A stretch of 64,000 nucleotides of DNA from a virus (Duplodnaviria; Caudoviricetes). This document shows positions 18,841 to 27,979 of this stretch, one piece after another (the first letter of the stretch is position 1; the number at the start of each line of letters is the position of its first letter). The stretch lies in the IMG/VR virus record IMGVR_UViG_3300021964_009400. The stretch is one strand, 5' to 3'. The notes beneath the pieces were generated by a model. That model worked only from the letters and a program-made list of their open reading frames with translations. It had not been told where the DNA came from and ran no database searches. The position numbers were made by a program, and so were the translations under genes.

Positions 18841-19303
18841 TTTTATTGAACATAGTAGAAATCGCTCTTATATGAGTGGTATAGAAAGAGATAAACTTCG
18901 AGTAAAAGAAACGGCTGAAGTATTTACTCCTACACCATTGGTGCAGGAAATGTTGGATAAACTTGAAGAACGAGATTCGGAACTATTTTCAAACTCAACT
19001 AAAACATTTTTAGACCCATCGTGTGGTGATGGTCAATTCCTTTCCGAAGTAGTAATCAGAAAAATGGAAAGAAGTCATTGTACTTTAGAACAAGCACTTT
19101 CTACAACTTATGGAGTAGAACTTATGGAAGATAATGTAAAGTTATGTAAAGAAAGATTGGGAGGACCAAATCCAACTGAAGAAATTTTGGATATCCTTGA
19201 TAAAAATATTGTTTGTGCAGATGCACTTACTTATCATTATAGATTCGATGAAACACCATCAGATGTAAGTGATATTGAAGTAAAATTAAATCAATTTTTA
19301 TGA
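18830..19303 (+). CDS. Short methyltransferase-like subunit lacking catalytic motif IV
   Basis: RVKETAEVFTP, FLDPSCGDGQFL, YGVELMEDNV, NIVCADAL, then stop; no NPPY/DPPY. Confidence 0.75.
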   Translation: MLDNFIEHSRNRSYMSGIERDKLRVKETAEVFTPTPLVQEMLDKLEERDSELFSNSTKTFLDPSCGDGQFLSEVVIRKMERSHCTLEQALSTTYGVELMEDNVKLCKERLGGPNPTEEILDILDKNIVCADALTYHYRFDETPSDVSDIEVKLNQFL

Positions 19304-19344
19304 TAAAATAACTCAAAAATTCGGTGTATTTTTTGAGTTTTATT

Positions 19345-19353
19345 ATATTTATA
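19345..19353 (+). promoter_or_regulatory. Putative phage promoter motif upstream of gp32
   Basis: ATATTTATA. Confidence 0.45.
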
Positions 19354-19361
19354 TATACACC

Positions 19362-19436
19362 GAGTGTTGTTAGTTTAGCACTCAAAATTTAAACTTAAAA
19401 TTAATTATTTATTAACAATTTAAAAATTTAAACATT
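19362..19436 (+). promoter_or_regulatory. Putative gp32 autoregulatory mRNA leader (H-type pseudoknot + AU-rich tract)
   Basis: S1 GAGTG(19362-66)/CACTC(19379-83); S2 AGTTTA(19372-77)/TAAACT(19390-95); then 41 nt AU-rich with TTAAA repeats to the ATG. Confidence 0.55.
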
Positions 19437-20258
19437 ATGGCATTAGACATTAACGCAATCAGAAGTAGGCTGAACAAACTACAAAACACACAAAGAAAAT
19501 CAGACTCTTTGTGGAAACCTACTCCAGGTAAACATCAAGTAAGAATCGTTCCTTACAAATTCGACAAAGATAATCCATTTATCGAATTGTATTTTCACTA
19601 CAACATTAACAACAAAACTTATCTTTCACCACAATCTTTTGGTAGACCAGACCCTATTGTAGAGTTTGCAGATAAACTAAAAAGAATGGGTGATAAAGAT
19701 GATTGGAAAGCTGCAAAAGCTATGGAACCAAAGTTAAGAACTTTCGTACCTGTTGTTGTAAGAGGTGAAGAAGGTGAAGGAGTAAGATTTTGGGGATTTG
19801 GTAAAACAGTATATCAAGAAATTCTTGGATATATTGCAGATCCTGATTATGGTGATATTACCGACCCAACAAGTGGTAGAGATTTAACAATCGAGTATAA
19901 ATCAGCAGAAGAAGCTGGTACTACTTATCCAACTACTACTATTAGAGTTAAACCAAATGAAACACCAGTAAGTGAAGATGCAACAAGAGCAACTGCATTT
20001 ATTGAATCACAAACCGAAATTACAGATTTATATTCTGAATTATCTTATGATGAATTAAAATCAGTATTAGAAGGTTGGTTGAACCCAACTGCAGAAAGTG
20101 GAGGTGACTCAGTTTCTCAAGAAACTCTTTCAACTGCACCTAAAAAAGAAACAACTGTATCTCATGATATGGGAGGTTCTAAAGAAGTAACTGAAAAATC
20201 AGATTCAAAGAAAACTGATGATGTTGCTGCTGCATTTGATGATTTGTTTAACAACTAA
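19437..20258 (+). CDS. Single-stranded DNA-binding protein (T4 gp32-like)
   Basis: WKP..GKHQVRIVP, GVRFWGFGKTVY, DITDP..GRDL, acidic tail DDVAAAFDDLFNN; precedes uvsX. Confidence 0.85.
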   Translation: MALDINAIRSRLNKLQNTQRKSDSLWKPTPGKHQVRIVPYKFDKDNPFIELYFHYNINNKTYLSPQSFGRPDPIVEFADKLKRMGDKDDWKAAKAMEPKLRTFVPVVVRGEEGEGVRFWGFGKTVYQEILGYIADPDYGDITDPTSGRDLTIEYKSAEEAGTTYPTTTIRVKPNETPVSEDATRATAFIESQTEITDLYSELSYDELKSVLEGWLNPTAESGGDSVSQETLSTAPKKETTVSHDMGGSKEVTEKSDSKKTDDVAAAFDDLFNN

Positions 20259-20269
20259 TTTAAAATTAC

Positions 20270-21394
20270 ATGGCGAAAAAGAAAGCAAAAGAACTAGACC
20301 TAGCAGATATTCTAGCAGGGGAGTTGAATAAATATTCGAAAGACCAAAAGGTTGCATACTTCCTTGATTCAGATGAAGCCCCTACGAATGTAGAAGGGTG
20401 GATATCGACTGGATGTGCTATGTTAGATGTTGCCGTTTCAAATCGTCCCTATGGTGGACTACCAGTTGGTAGAATCACAGAAATTACAGGTTTAGAACAA
20501 AGTGGAAAATCATTACTATCGGCTCACTTGTTAGCGGAAACGCAGAAACAAGGTGGAGTTGCAGTATTGATTGATACTGAAACTGCAGTAAGTAGAGAAT
20601 TTTTAGAAGCAATCGGTGTTGACGTTTCTAAACTTCTTTATGTATCAGCAGATTCGGTTGAACAAATCTTTGATTTTACAGAAACTATCATTGAAAAGGT
20701 TAGAGAAACTTCGAAAGATAAAATTGTAACTATCGTAGTAGATTCAGTTGCAGCTGCATCAACAAAAACAGAATTAGCTGCAGATTACAATAAAGATGGA
20801 TATGCTACTGATAAAGCAATTATTATTTCGAAGGCAATGAGAAAGATTACCAATATGATTGGTAGACAAAAAATCTCATTAGTATTCACTAATCAACTTA
20901 GACAAAAGATGAATGCTATGCCATTCGGAGACCCATGGACTACAAGTGGTGGAAAAGCACTAGCTTTTCACGCATCTGTAAGATTGAGGTTGAAAGGTAT
21001 GGGACAAATCAAACAAAAGGTAAATGGAAATGATAGGACAGTTGGAATGAAAGTTCGTTGTCAAGTTGTAAAAAACCGTATGGGACCACCATTAAGAGCT
21101 GCTGATTTCGAAATCTATTTCGATAGAGGAATCGATAATTATGGCTCTTGGTTGAAGGTAATGAAAGAAAATAAATTAGTAAAACAAGCGGGTGCTTGGT
21201 ACACTTATGTTGATACAGATACAGGTGAGGAATTAAAATTCCAATCTAAAGATTTCATTAAGTTAATGGAAGATAGAGAGGATGTAAAAGAACAAATTTA
21301 CAAAAAAATATGTGAAGAATCTATTTTACAATATAAATCCGATACACTTGATATTGATTCAATGGAAATTGATACCGAAGGTAGCACCGAATAA
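20270..21394 (+). CDS. uvsX: RecA/UvsX recombinase
   Basis: GLPVGRITEITGLEQSGKS, IVVDSVAA, FTNQLR, TTSGGKAL.FHASVRL, KNRMGPP. Confidence 0.95.
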   Translation: MAKKKAKELDLADILAGELNKYSKDQKVAYFLDSDEAPTNVEGWISTGCAMLDVAVSNRPYGGLPVGRITEITGLEQSGKSLLSAHLLAETQKQGGVAVLIDTETAVSREFLEAIGVDVSKLLYVSADSVEQIFDFTETIIEKVRETSKDKIVTIVVDSVAAASTKTELAADYNKDGYATDKAIIISKAMRKITNMIGRQKISLVFTNQLRQKMNAMPFGDPWTTSGGKALAFHASVRLRLKGMGQIKQKVNGNDRTVGMKVRCQVVKNRMGPPLRAADFEIYFDRGIDNYGSWLKVMKENKLVKQAGAWYTYVDTDTGEELKFQSKDFIKLMEDREDVKEQIYKKICEESILQYKSDTLDIDSMEIDTEGSTE

Positions 21395-21405
21395 AAAAAT
21401 TAATT

Positions 21406-21633
21406 ATGGATAAAAAGTTATATACAATGTTAAAAAGTAGTGCCGAGGCTGATAAAGCCAAAGCTCTACTTTCTTTAGAACTTCTTGGGAATAAAGCAGT
21501 TGGTATTGGTGACCATTCTACTGAAGATTTCTACAAAAACGCAGAGGAAGCTCTCGTTATGTTAGTAGATGCTGATGATAGATTGAATGCATTAGAAGAT
21601 TACTTTGAAGAAGGTTTAAAAGAAGTTTTATAA
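21406..21633 (+). CDS. Hypothetical protein
   Basis: 75 aa; GIGDHS motif; operon spacing. Confidence 0.7.
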   Translation: MDKKLYTMLKSSAEADKAKALLSLELLGNKAVGIGDHSTEDFYKNAEEALVMLVDADDRLNALEDYFEEGLKEVL

Positions 21634-22688
21634 TGAAAGAACTCTACAAAAACATTCTAGAGTCGGTTGAAAAGAACCGAGACCAAAATATCGATAGACA
21701 CAAGAATTCTCGTGTATTAATTATCGATGGTTTAAACACTTTTATCAGATGTTGGACATCTATTCCAACTTTAAATGATAATGGAGACCATGTTGGAGGT
21801 GTTACAGGTACTTTAAAATCTATTGGATACGCAATAAGACAAGTTCAACCGACTCGTGTTGTTGTAGCGTTTGATGGCCAAGGTGGTTCAAGGAATCGTA
21901 AAAAACTTTTTGAAGGTTACAAAGCTAATCGAGGAAAAAGTAAATTGAGAATGAATCGTGCATATAATGAGTTAATGAACGATGAGGAAGAACGAGAATC
22001 TATGAAAAGACAATATGTTTGGTTAAACGAATTGTTGCATGGATTACCAATTACCACTATGATATATGATGGTGTTGAAGCCGATGATATCATGGCATAT
22101 ATATCAGAACAACTTTTAAAAGAAGATGAACAAGCAGTTTTAATGTCTACTGATAAAGATTTCTTACAATTAGTAGATGAGAAAACTATTATATGGTCTC
22201 CTACTAAAAAGAAGATTTACAATCAGAAAGTAGTACAAGAAGAATATGGTTTACATCCTAATAATATGCTTATTTATAGAATTTTAGATGGAGATAAATC
22301 TGATAACATACCAGGCATATATGGGTGTGGTATTAAGACCCTTTTAAAAAGGTTTCCAGAGTTGACTGATGAACAAACTATTACAGTAGATGAGTTATTT
22401 CAATTAACTGAAAAAAAACTCGAAGAAACGAAAGGTAAAATAAAATTATATAAAGATATTTTAGCTGCCAAAAAACAAATTATTTTAAATGAAAAATTAA
22501 TGCAACTAAAAAATGTTGATATTTCAGGTTCAATAAAAATGAATGTTTTAGATAGATTTAATGAAGATATAACTCCACTTAATAAAATGAATTTTATGAA
22601 AATTTTATTAAAATATAAAGTAGTAAACAACTTTGGAGATATAAATGATTGGTTAAAAAGAACATTTGGAAACTTTATTACAAAATAA
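21633..22688 (+). CDS. 5'-3' exonuclease / T4-type RNase H (FEN1 family)
   Basis: IIDGLN, AFDG, EADD, STDKDFLQL, GDKSDNIPG. Confidence 0.92.
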   Translation: MKELYKNILESVEKNRDQNIDRHKNSRVLIIDGLNTFIRCWTSIPTLNDNGDHVGGVTGTLKSIGYAIRQVQPTRVVVAFDGQGGSRNRKKLFEGYKANRGKSKLRMNRAYNELMNDEEERESMKRQYVWLNELLHGLPITTMIYDGVEADDIMAYISEQLLKEDEQAVLMSTDKDFLQLVDEKTIIWSPTKKKIYNQKVVQEEYGLHPNNMLIYRILDGDKSDNIPGIYGCGIKTLLKRFPELTDEQTITVDELFQLTEKKLEETKGKIKLYKDILAAKKQIILNEKLMQLKNVDISGSIKMNVLDRFNEDITPLNKMNFMKILLKYKVVNNFGDINDWLKRTFGNFITK

Positions 22689-22720
22689 TTTGGTAGTTTC
22701 AAATATTTTTCGTATATTTG
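22689..22720 (+). promoter_or_regulatory. Bacteroidota-type promoter
   Basis: TTTG-N20-TATATTTG. Confidence 0.8.
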
Positions 22721-22742
22721 TACTTATAAATACATTTAATCA

Positions 22743-24104
22743 ATGCAGCAAGATTTAGATACTTTATCAAAATATGGTCAATCTTTTCAATCAAAGGTTG
22801 TATCTTCATTACTTACTGATGGTAAATTTTTAGATACAATATCTGAAGTTACAACTTCAAAGTTTTTTGAAAATGATGCTAATAAATGGATAGTATCTGA
22901 AATACTTGCATATCATGACGATTATAAAAAACCACCTACTCTTGATGTATTCAAAGGACAGTTATCAAAGTTAGATAATGAAATACTTAAAAAAACTATT
23001 GTTGAACAACTCAGACATGTGTTTACTCAAATAGGTAATGTAGATTTAGATTATATAAAAAATGAATTTACAGATTTCTGTATTAATCAAAATCTAAAAG
23101 GTGTTATTCTACAATCGGTTGATTTATTAAAAGCTGGAAATTACGATAGAATTAAAGATTTAGTTGATAAAGCAACTAAAATTGGACAAGATACTGATTT
23201 AGGATTGGATTATAAAGAAGATTTTGATGACCGTATGGAAGATTTAAAGCGTTCAACTGTTCCAACTAATTGGAAACCTATAAATGATTTAATGGATGGT
23301 GGATTAGGACCTGGAGAACTTGGTGTAATTGTTGCTCCTTCTGGTGTAGGTAAAACTTGGATACTTACTGCAATAGGTGCAGATGCCGTTAGAAGAGGTT
23401 TAAGTGTAGTTCATTATTCTATGGAATTATCGGAACATTATGTTGGTGCTAGATATGATACTGTATTTACTCAAATACCTTCCACCGAATTAAAGGAAAG
23501 AAAAGATGAGGTTAAATCAAAAATTCAATCATTACAAGGAAACTTACTTATTAAGTATTTTCCACCAAAGGGAGTTTCTGTTAGAAAGTTAAATCAACAT
23601 ATTGAAAAAATGATAGTTTCTGATAATAAACCTGATTTAATTATAGTAGATTATGCAGATTTACTATTATCAGATTCAAATAAAACTGATTCAACTTATG
23701 CAGAACAAGGTGGTGTTTATATTGATTTAAGAGGTATGAGTGGTGCACTTGAAATACCAGTATGGACTGCATCTCAAACCAATCGTTCGGCTATTGATTC
23801 AGAAGTTATTGAGGCTGATAAAATTGCTGATTCTTATGCAAAGGTAATGAACGCTGATTTCATTATGAGTTGGAGTAGAAAATCAAAAGATAAACTTAAT
23901 GATACTGCTCGGGCTCATATAATGAAGAACAGATTTGGACCAGATGGAATTACTTTCCCATGTAAAATGAATACCAACACAGGTTACATTGAAGTTTATG
24001 AAGGTAATTCACCAGATGGAGTAATTGCACAAAAACAAGCTGCAAGTGGTCAGTTAGAAACAAAAAAACTTTTACATAAAAAGTATGTAGAAAATATGGG
24101 TTAG
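22743..24104 (+). CDS. Replicative DnaB-family helicase (T4 gp41-like)
   Basis: APSGVGKT, SMELSE, IIVDYADL, TASQTNR, KNRFGPDG. Confidence 0.92.
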   Translation: MQQDLDTLSKYGQSFQSKVVSSLLTDGKFLDTISEVTTSKFFENDANKWIVSEILAYHDDYKKPPTLDVFKGQLSKLDNEILKKTIVEQLRHVFTQIGNVDLDYIKNEFTDFCINQNLKGVILQSVDLLKAGNYDRIKDLVDKATKIGQDTDLGLDYKEDFDDRMEDLKRSTVPTNWKPINDLMDGGLGPGELGVIVAPSGVGKTWILTAIGADAVRRGLSVVHYSMELSEHYVGARYDTVFTQIPSTELKERKDEVKSKIQSLQGNLLIKYFPPKGVSVRKLNQHIEKMIVSDNKPDLIIVDYADLLLSDSNKTDSTYAEQGGVYIDLRGMSGALEIPVWTASQTNRSAIDSEVIEADKIADSYAKVMNADFIMSWSRKSKDKLNDTARAHIMKNRFGPDGITFPCKMNTNTGYIEVYEGNSPDGVIAQKQAASGQLETKKLLHKKYVENMG

Positions 24105-24264
24105 TCTATCAAAAAAATTATTACACCTAAACCAATAAAAAAATTAAATGTATAAAAATAAAAATTAATTGAAAATCTATTTCGTTTTTCAATATATACT
24201 ATAATTATAAACACGACCAGATAGTTGGTCACTTCAAAAACAAAAATTAAAAAAGGAATATTTT

Positions 24265-24435
24265 ATGGCAAATTCACAAGAACTATTTGAACAAATTAAA
24301 GATTTATTCGTTCAATTTGAGGATGAACACAATGGTTCATCTAAAGCAGCTAAATCGAGAGCTAGAAAACACATCGGTGAAATCAAAAAGTTAGTAACAG
24401 ATTACAGAAAAGCGTCAGTAGAAGAAAACAAATAA
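24265..24435 (+). CDS. Histone H1-like (Hc1-type) small DNA-binding protein (56 aa, not in ORF track)
   Basis: MANSQELFEQIKDLFVQFEDEHNGSSKAAKSRARKHIGEIKKLVTDYRKASVEENK; the KAA..RARK...EI.K....RK.S.EE pattern matches the Bacteroidota histone-H1-like family. Confidence 0.7.
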   Translation: MANSQELFEQIKDLFVQFEDEHNGSSKAAKSRARKHIGEIKKLVTDYRKASVEENK

Positions 24436-24444
24436 GGTTATAAC

Positions 24445-25440
24445 ATGAGTAAATTATTCCAAGAAAGAATCCCTTTCAAACCATTCGAATATCCAATCTA
24501 CTATACAGAAGGTTGGTTGAAACAGGCACAAGCATTTTGGCTCCATACTGAGATACCCATGCAAATGGATGTTAAAGATTGGAACGAAACACTTACACCT
24601 GCAGAAAAGAATTTGGTTGGAAATATCTTACTTGGATTTGCTCAAACCGAATGTGCAGTTTCTGATTATTGGACTAACATGGTAACCAAGTGGTTTCCTA
24701 AACATGAAATCAGACAGATGGCTATGATGTTTGGTTCACAAGAAACTATTCACGCTACAGCTTATTCATATCTAAATGAGACATTAGGATTAGAAGATTT
24801 CTCGGCATTTTTGCACGAACCTGCAACTGCTGAGAAATTTGAACTCCTAACTTCAACAACGGCTGATTGGACACATGAAGATTTACAAACCAACGAAAAG
24901 GCAAGACAAGAAGTTGGTAGAAGTTTAGCAATCTTTTCAGCATTCGCAGAAGGAGTTAGTTTATATTCTTCTTTTGCGGTACTTTACTCATTTCAAATGA
25001 GAAACAAACTTAAAGGTATTGGACAACAAATGAAGTGGAGTGTAAGAGATGAATCTCTACATTCTCGTATGGGTTGTCAATTGTTCAGACATATGTGTGA
25101 TGAATATCCAGAATTGTTAGAACAATGTAAAAATTCAATAGAAGAAGCATCTAAACTGATTATTGATTTAGAATGTAACTTTATTGATAAAATGTTCGAA
25201 ATGGGTGATTTAGAAAATCTTGAAAAAGATGATTTAAAAGAATTCATTAAAGATAGAACAAATCAAAAATTACAAGAATTAGGATACGAACCAATTCATG
25301 AATTCAATAAAAAGAAATCAGAAAAGTTAGAATGGTTCTATCATCTTACAGGTGGTCATACTCACACCGATTTCTTTGCTATTAGACCTACCGATTATTC
25401 TAAGGCAAATGAAGGTGAAGATTGGGATGACTTATTTTAA
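24445..25440 (+). CDS. nrdB: Ribonucleotide reductase class Ia beta subunit
   Basis: FAQTE, ETIHATAY, FAEGVSLYSSF, RDESLH di-iron motifs. Confidence 0.95.
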   Translation: MSKLFQERIPFKPFEYPIYYTEGWLKQAQAFWLHTEIPMQMDVKDWNETLTPAEKNLVGNILLGFAQTECAVSDYWTNMVTKWFPKHEIRQMAMMFGSQETIHATAYSYLNETLGLEDFSAFLHEPATAEKFELLTSTTADWTHEDLQTNEKARQEVGRSLAIFSAFAEGVSLYSSFAVLYSFQMRNKLKGIGQQMKWSVRDESLHSRMGCQLFRHMCDEYPELLEQCKNSIEEASKLIIDLECNFIDKMFEMGDLENLEKDDLKEFIKDRTNQKLQELGYEPIHEFNKKKSEKLEWFYHLTGGHTHTDFFAIRPTDYSKANEGEDWDDLF

Positions 25441-25454
25441 ATAAATAATAGATT

Positions 25455-27239
25455 ATGGCAAGTAAAAACTATGGCGAAGAGCTAGGGTGGGAAATTGATG
25501 TTGATTTTCCATCATGGGGTAACACAGAGATATATGTAAAAACTATATCTAAAGGATATTTACTTCCTGGTGAAAAACCTAAAGATGCTTATTGGAGAGT
25601 TGCAACAAGAGTTGCTCAAAGATTAGGTAAACCTCAAATGGCAACTAAGTTCTTCGATTATATTTGGAAAGGTTGGTTGAATTTAGCAACACCAGTTCTT
25701 TCTAATACTGGTACTGATAGAGGATTACCTATATCTTGTTTTGGTATCGATGTTGCCGATTCGATTTATGATATTGGTAAAAAGAATTTAGAACTAATGT
25801 TACTTGCAAAACATGGAGGTGGAGTTGGTATTGGTGTGAACCAAATTAGACCAGCAGGAGCAACCATTACAGGCAATGGAACATCTGATGGTGTTGTACC
25901 ATTTTGTAAAATATATGATTCTACAATCCTTGCTACAAACCAAGGTTCAGTAAGAAGAGGTGCTGCTTCAGTTAACCTTAATATTGAACACAAAGACTTT
26001 GAAGAGTGGTTAGAAATTAGAGAACCTAAAGGAGATGTAAATAGACAATCACTAAATCTACACCAATGTGCAGTTGTAGGTGATAAGTTTATGAGAAAAC
26101 TCGAACAAGGTGAACCAGAAGCAAGAAGAAAGTGGGGAAAATTACTACAAAAAAGAAAAGCAACTGGTGAACCTTATATTATGTTTAAGGGCAATATAAA
26201 CAAACAAAACCCTCAAATGTATAAAAAGAATGGATTAAAAGTTCATATGACAAATATTTGTTCTGAAATTACATTACATACAGATGAGAACCATTCATTT
26301 GTTTGTTGTTTATCTTCAATCAACTTAGCAAAATATAATGAGTGGAGAGATACTGATTTAATTTATACTGCAACTTGGTTCTTAGATGGTGTATTATCCG
26401 AATTTATTCAGAAAGCAAAAAACATGAGAGGATTCGAAAATTCAGTTGCATCTGCTGAAAAGGGTAGAGCATTAGGATTAGGAGTTTTAGGTTGGCATAC
26501 TTACTTACAACAAAGAGGTATTCCATTTGAAGGAATGGAAGCACAATTCGAAACTCGTAAAATCTTTTCACAAATTAAAATCGAATCAGATAGAGCTTCA
26601 AGAGATTTAGCAACAGAATATGGTGAACCTCTTTGGTGTAGAGAAAGTGGATTTAGAAATACTCACCTTAGAGCAGTTGCTCCAACAGTTAGTAACTCTA
26701 AATTAGCTGGAAATGTATCTGCTGGTATCGAACCTTGGGCGGCGAATATATTCACCGAACAAACTGCAAAGGGAACTTTTATTAGAAAGAATACAGAGTT
26801 GGTAAAGATATTGAGAAAAGCAGGTATCAATAATAAAGAAACTTGGGATAAGATTTTAGAAGATGGAGGTTCAGTACAAGATATCAAAGAATTAGATAAG
26901 TGGTGTTACTTAGATGGTAAAATAGTTCTTTGTAAAGATATCACTAATGGTGATAGAGAAAAAATCTACCCTGTCAAGGATGTGTTCAGAACATTCAAAG
27001 AAATAAATCAAATGGACTTGGTTAAACAAGCTGGTGTTAGACAACAGTACATTGACCAAGGAGTTTCATTAAATCTTGCATTCCCTTCGATTGCAACACC
27101 GAAGTGGATTAATCAAGTTACATTAGAGGCTTGGAAACAAGGAATTAAAACTCTATATTATATGAGAACTGAATCAGTTCTTAGAGGAGATATCGCAACA
27201 AGAGCGGTAGACCCTGATTGTGTTGCGTGTGATGGTTAA
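25455..27239 (+). CDS. nrdA: Ribonucleotide reductase class Ia alpha subunit (no ATP cone)
   Basis: ATPVLSN, ISCF, TNICSEI, APTVS, KTLYY, C-terminal CVACDG. Confidence 0.95.
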   Translation: MASKNYGEELGWEIDVDFPSWGNTEIYVKTISKGYLLPGEKPKDAYWRVATRVAQRLGKPQMATKFFDYIWKGWLNLATPVLSNTGTDRGLPISCFGIDVADSIYDIGKKNLELMLLAKHGGGVGIGVNQIRPAGATITGNGTSDGVVPFCKIYDSTILATNQGSVRRGAASVNLNIEHKDFEEWLEIREPKGDVNRQSLNLHQCAVVGDKFMRKLEQGEPEARRKWGKLLQKRKATGEPYIMFKGNINKQNPQMYKKNGLKVHMTNICSEITLHTDENHSFVCCLSSINLAKYNEWRDTDLIYTATWFLDGVLSEFIQKAKNMRGFENSVASAEKGRALGLGVLGWHTYLQQRGIPFEGMEAQFETRKIFSQIKIESDRASRDLATEYGEPLWCRESGFRNTHLRAVAPTVSNSKLAGNVSAGIEPWAANIFTEQTAKGTFIRKNTELVKILRKAGINNKETWDKILEDGGSVQDIKELDKWCYLDGKIVLCKDITNGDREKIYPVKDVFRTFKEINQMDLVKQAGVRQQYIDQGVSLNLAFPSIATPKWINQVTLEAWKQGIKTLYYMRTESVLRGDIATRAVDPDCVACDG

Positions 27240-27258
27240 TTAAATTTAGGAGAAAAAA

Positions 27259-27522
27259 ATGATAACAGTAAAAAAATTCTACGCAGATTGGTGTGGTCCA
27301 TGTAAAATGTTAACACCAATTATGGAACAAGTTAAAGGAAAGTTTTCAACAATCAATTTTGAAGATATTGATATTGATTCACAATTTGAAGTTGCACAAA
27401 AGTATTATGTAAGGTCAGTTCCTACGGTAATTATCGAAAAAAATGGTGAAGAAATTCAAAGATTCGCAGGATTACAATCAGAATTGGCATACACAAATGC
27501 ATTAAATGAAATCAACTCGTAA
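27259..27522 (+). CDS. trxA: Thioredoxin
   Basis: FYADWCGPCK, VRSVPT. Confidence 0.92.
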   Translation: MITVKKFYADWCGPCKMLTPIMEQVKGKFSTINFEDIDIDSQFEVAQKYYVRSVPTVIIEKNGEEIQRFAGLQSELAYTNALNEINS

Positions 27523-27694
27523 TATTCTTAGAGGAGAATCGCATCCAAGAGCAAAACTAAACAATCAACAAGTATATCAAATACGAGATTTATACGAAAA
27601 AGGATTTAGTTCTAATATAATTGCAAGGAATTTTCATATAAGTCCTTGGAATGTAGAAGAAATTGGTAAAAGAAAAACTTGGAAACACTTGTAA
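27506..27694 (+). CDS. Stand-alone HTH of the type found at HNH homing-endonuclease C-termini
   Basis: RGESHPRAKLNNQQVYQIR...IARNFHIS; no HNH core. Confidence 0.55.
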   Translation: MKSTRNILRGESHPRAKLNNQQVYQIRDLYEKGFSSNIIARNFHISPWNVEEIGKRKTWKHL

Positions 27695-27719
27695 AATTCA
27701 AATATTTTTCGTATATTTG
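27688..27719 (+). promoter_or_regulatory. Bacteroidota-type promoter heading the putative modification operon
   Basis: CTTG-N20-TATATTTG. Confidence 0.75.
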
Positions 27720-27741
27720 TATAAACTTAAATTAATAATAT

Positions 27742-27978
27742 ATGGCAGGAATAAAATTTATCCACACAGATGATAAAGAAGTAGTAATAAAAGGGACTCC
27801 AAATGTTCCAATTAACAAAAGTAAAAAACTTAATAGTATAGATGGTTCAGAAAGTTTATTTTATATTGAAACTGAAACGGCATTTAAAATGAAATTAGAT
27901 TCAAAAGTAGATTTTTCTAAAAAACATCCACAAGATGATAACTTTTCGTTAATTACGATTCCAATTAACAGAATTTAA
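27742..27978 (+). CDS. Hypothetical protein
   Basis: 78 aa; first gene after the promoter. Confidence 0.65.
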   Translation: MAGIKFIHTDDKEVVIKGTPNVPINKSKKLNSIDGSESLFYIETETAFKMKLDSKVDFSKKHPQDDNFSLITIPINRI

Positions 27979-27979
27979 T

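Noticed and set aside
9142-27256. Occasional Shine-Dalgarno-like AGGAG/AGGA leaders (before 9157, 24265, 27259)
   Set aside because: Too few to argue for a special translation mechanism or against a Bacteroidota host.
27506-27694. Active homing endonuclease next to thioredoxin
   Set aside because: Only the C-terminal DNA-binding HTH is present, with no HNH catalytic core; kept as a remnant or small regulator.
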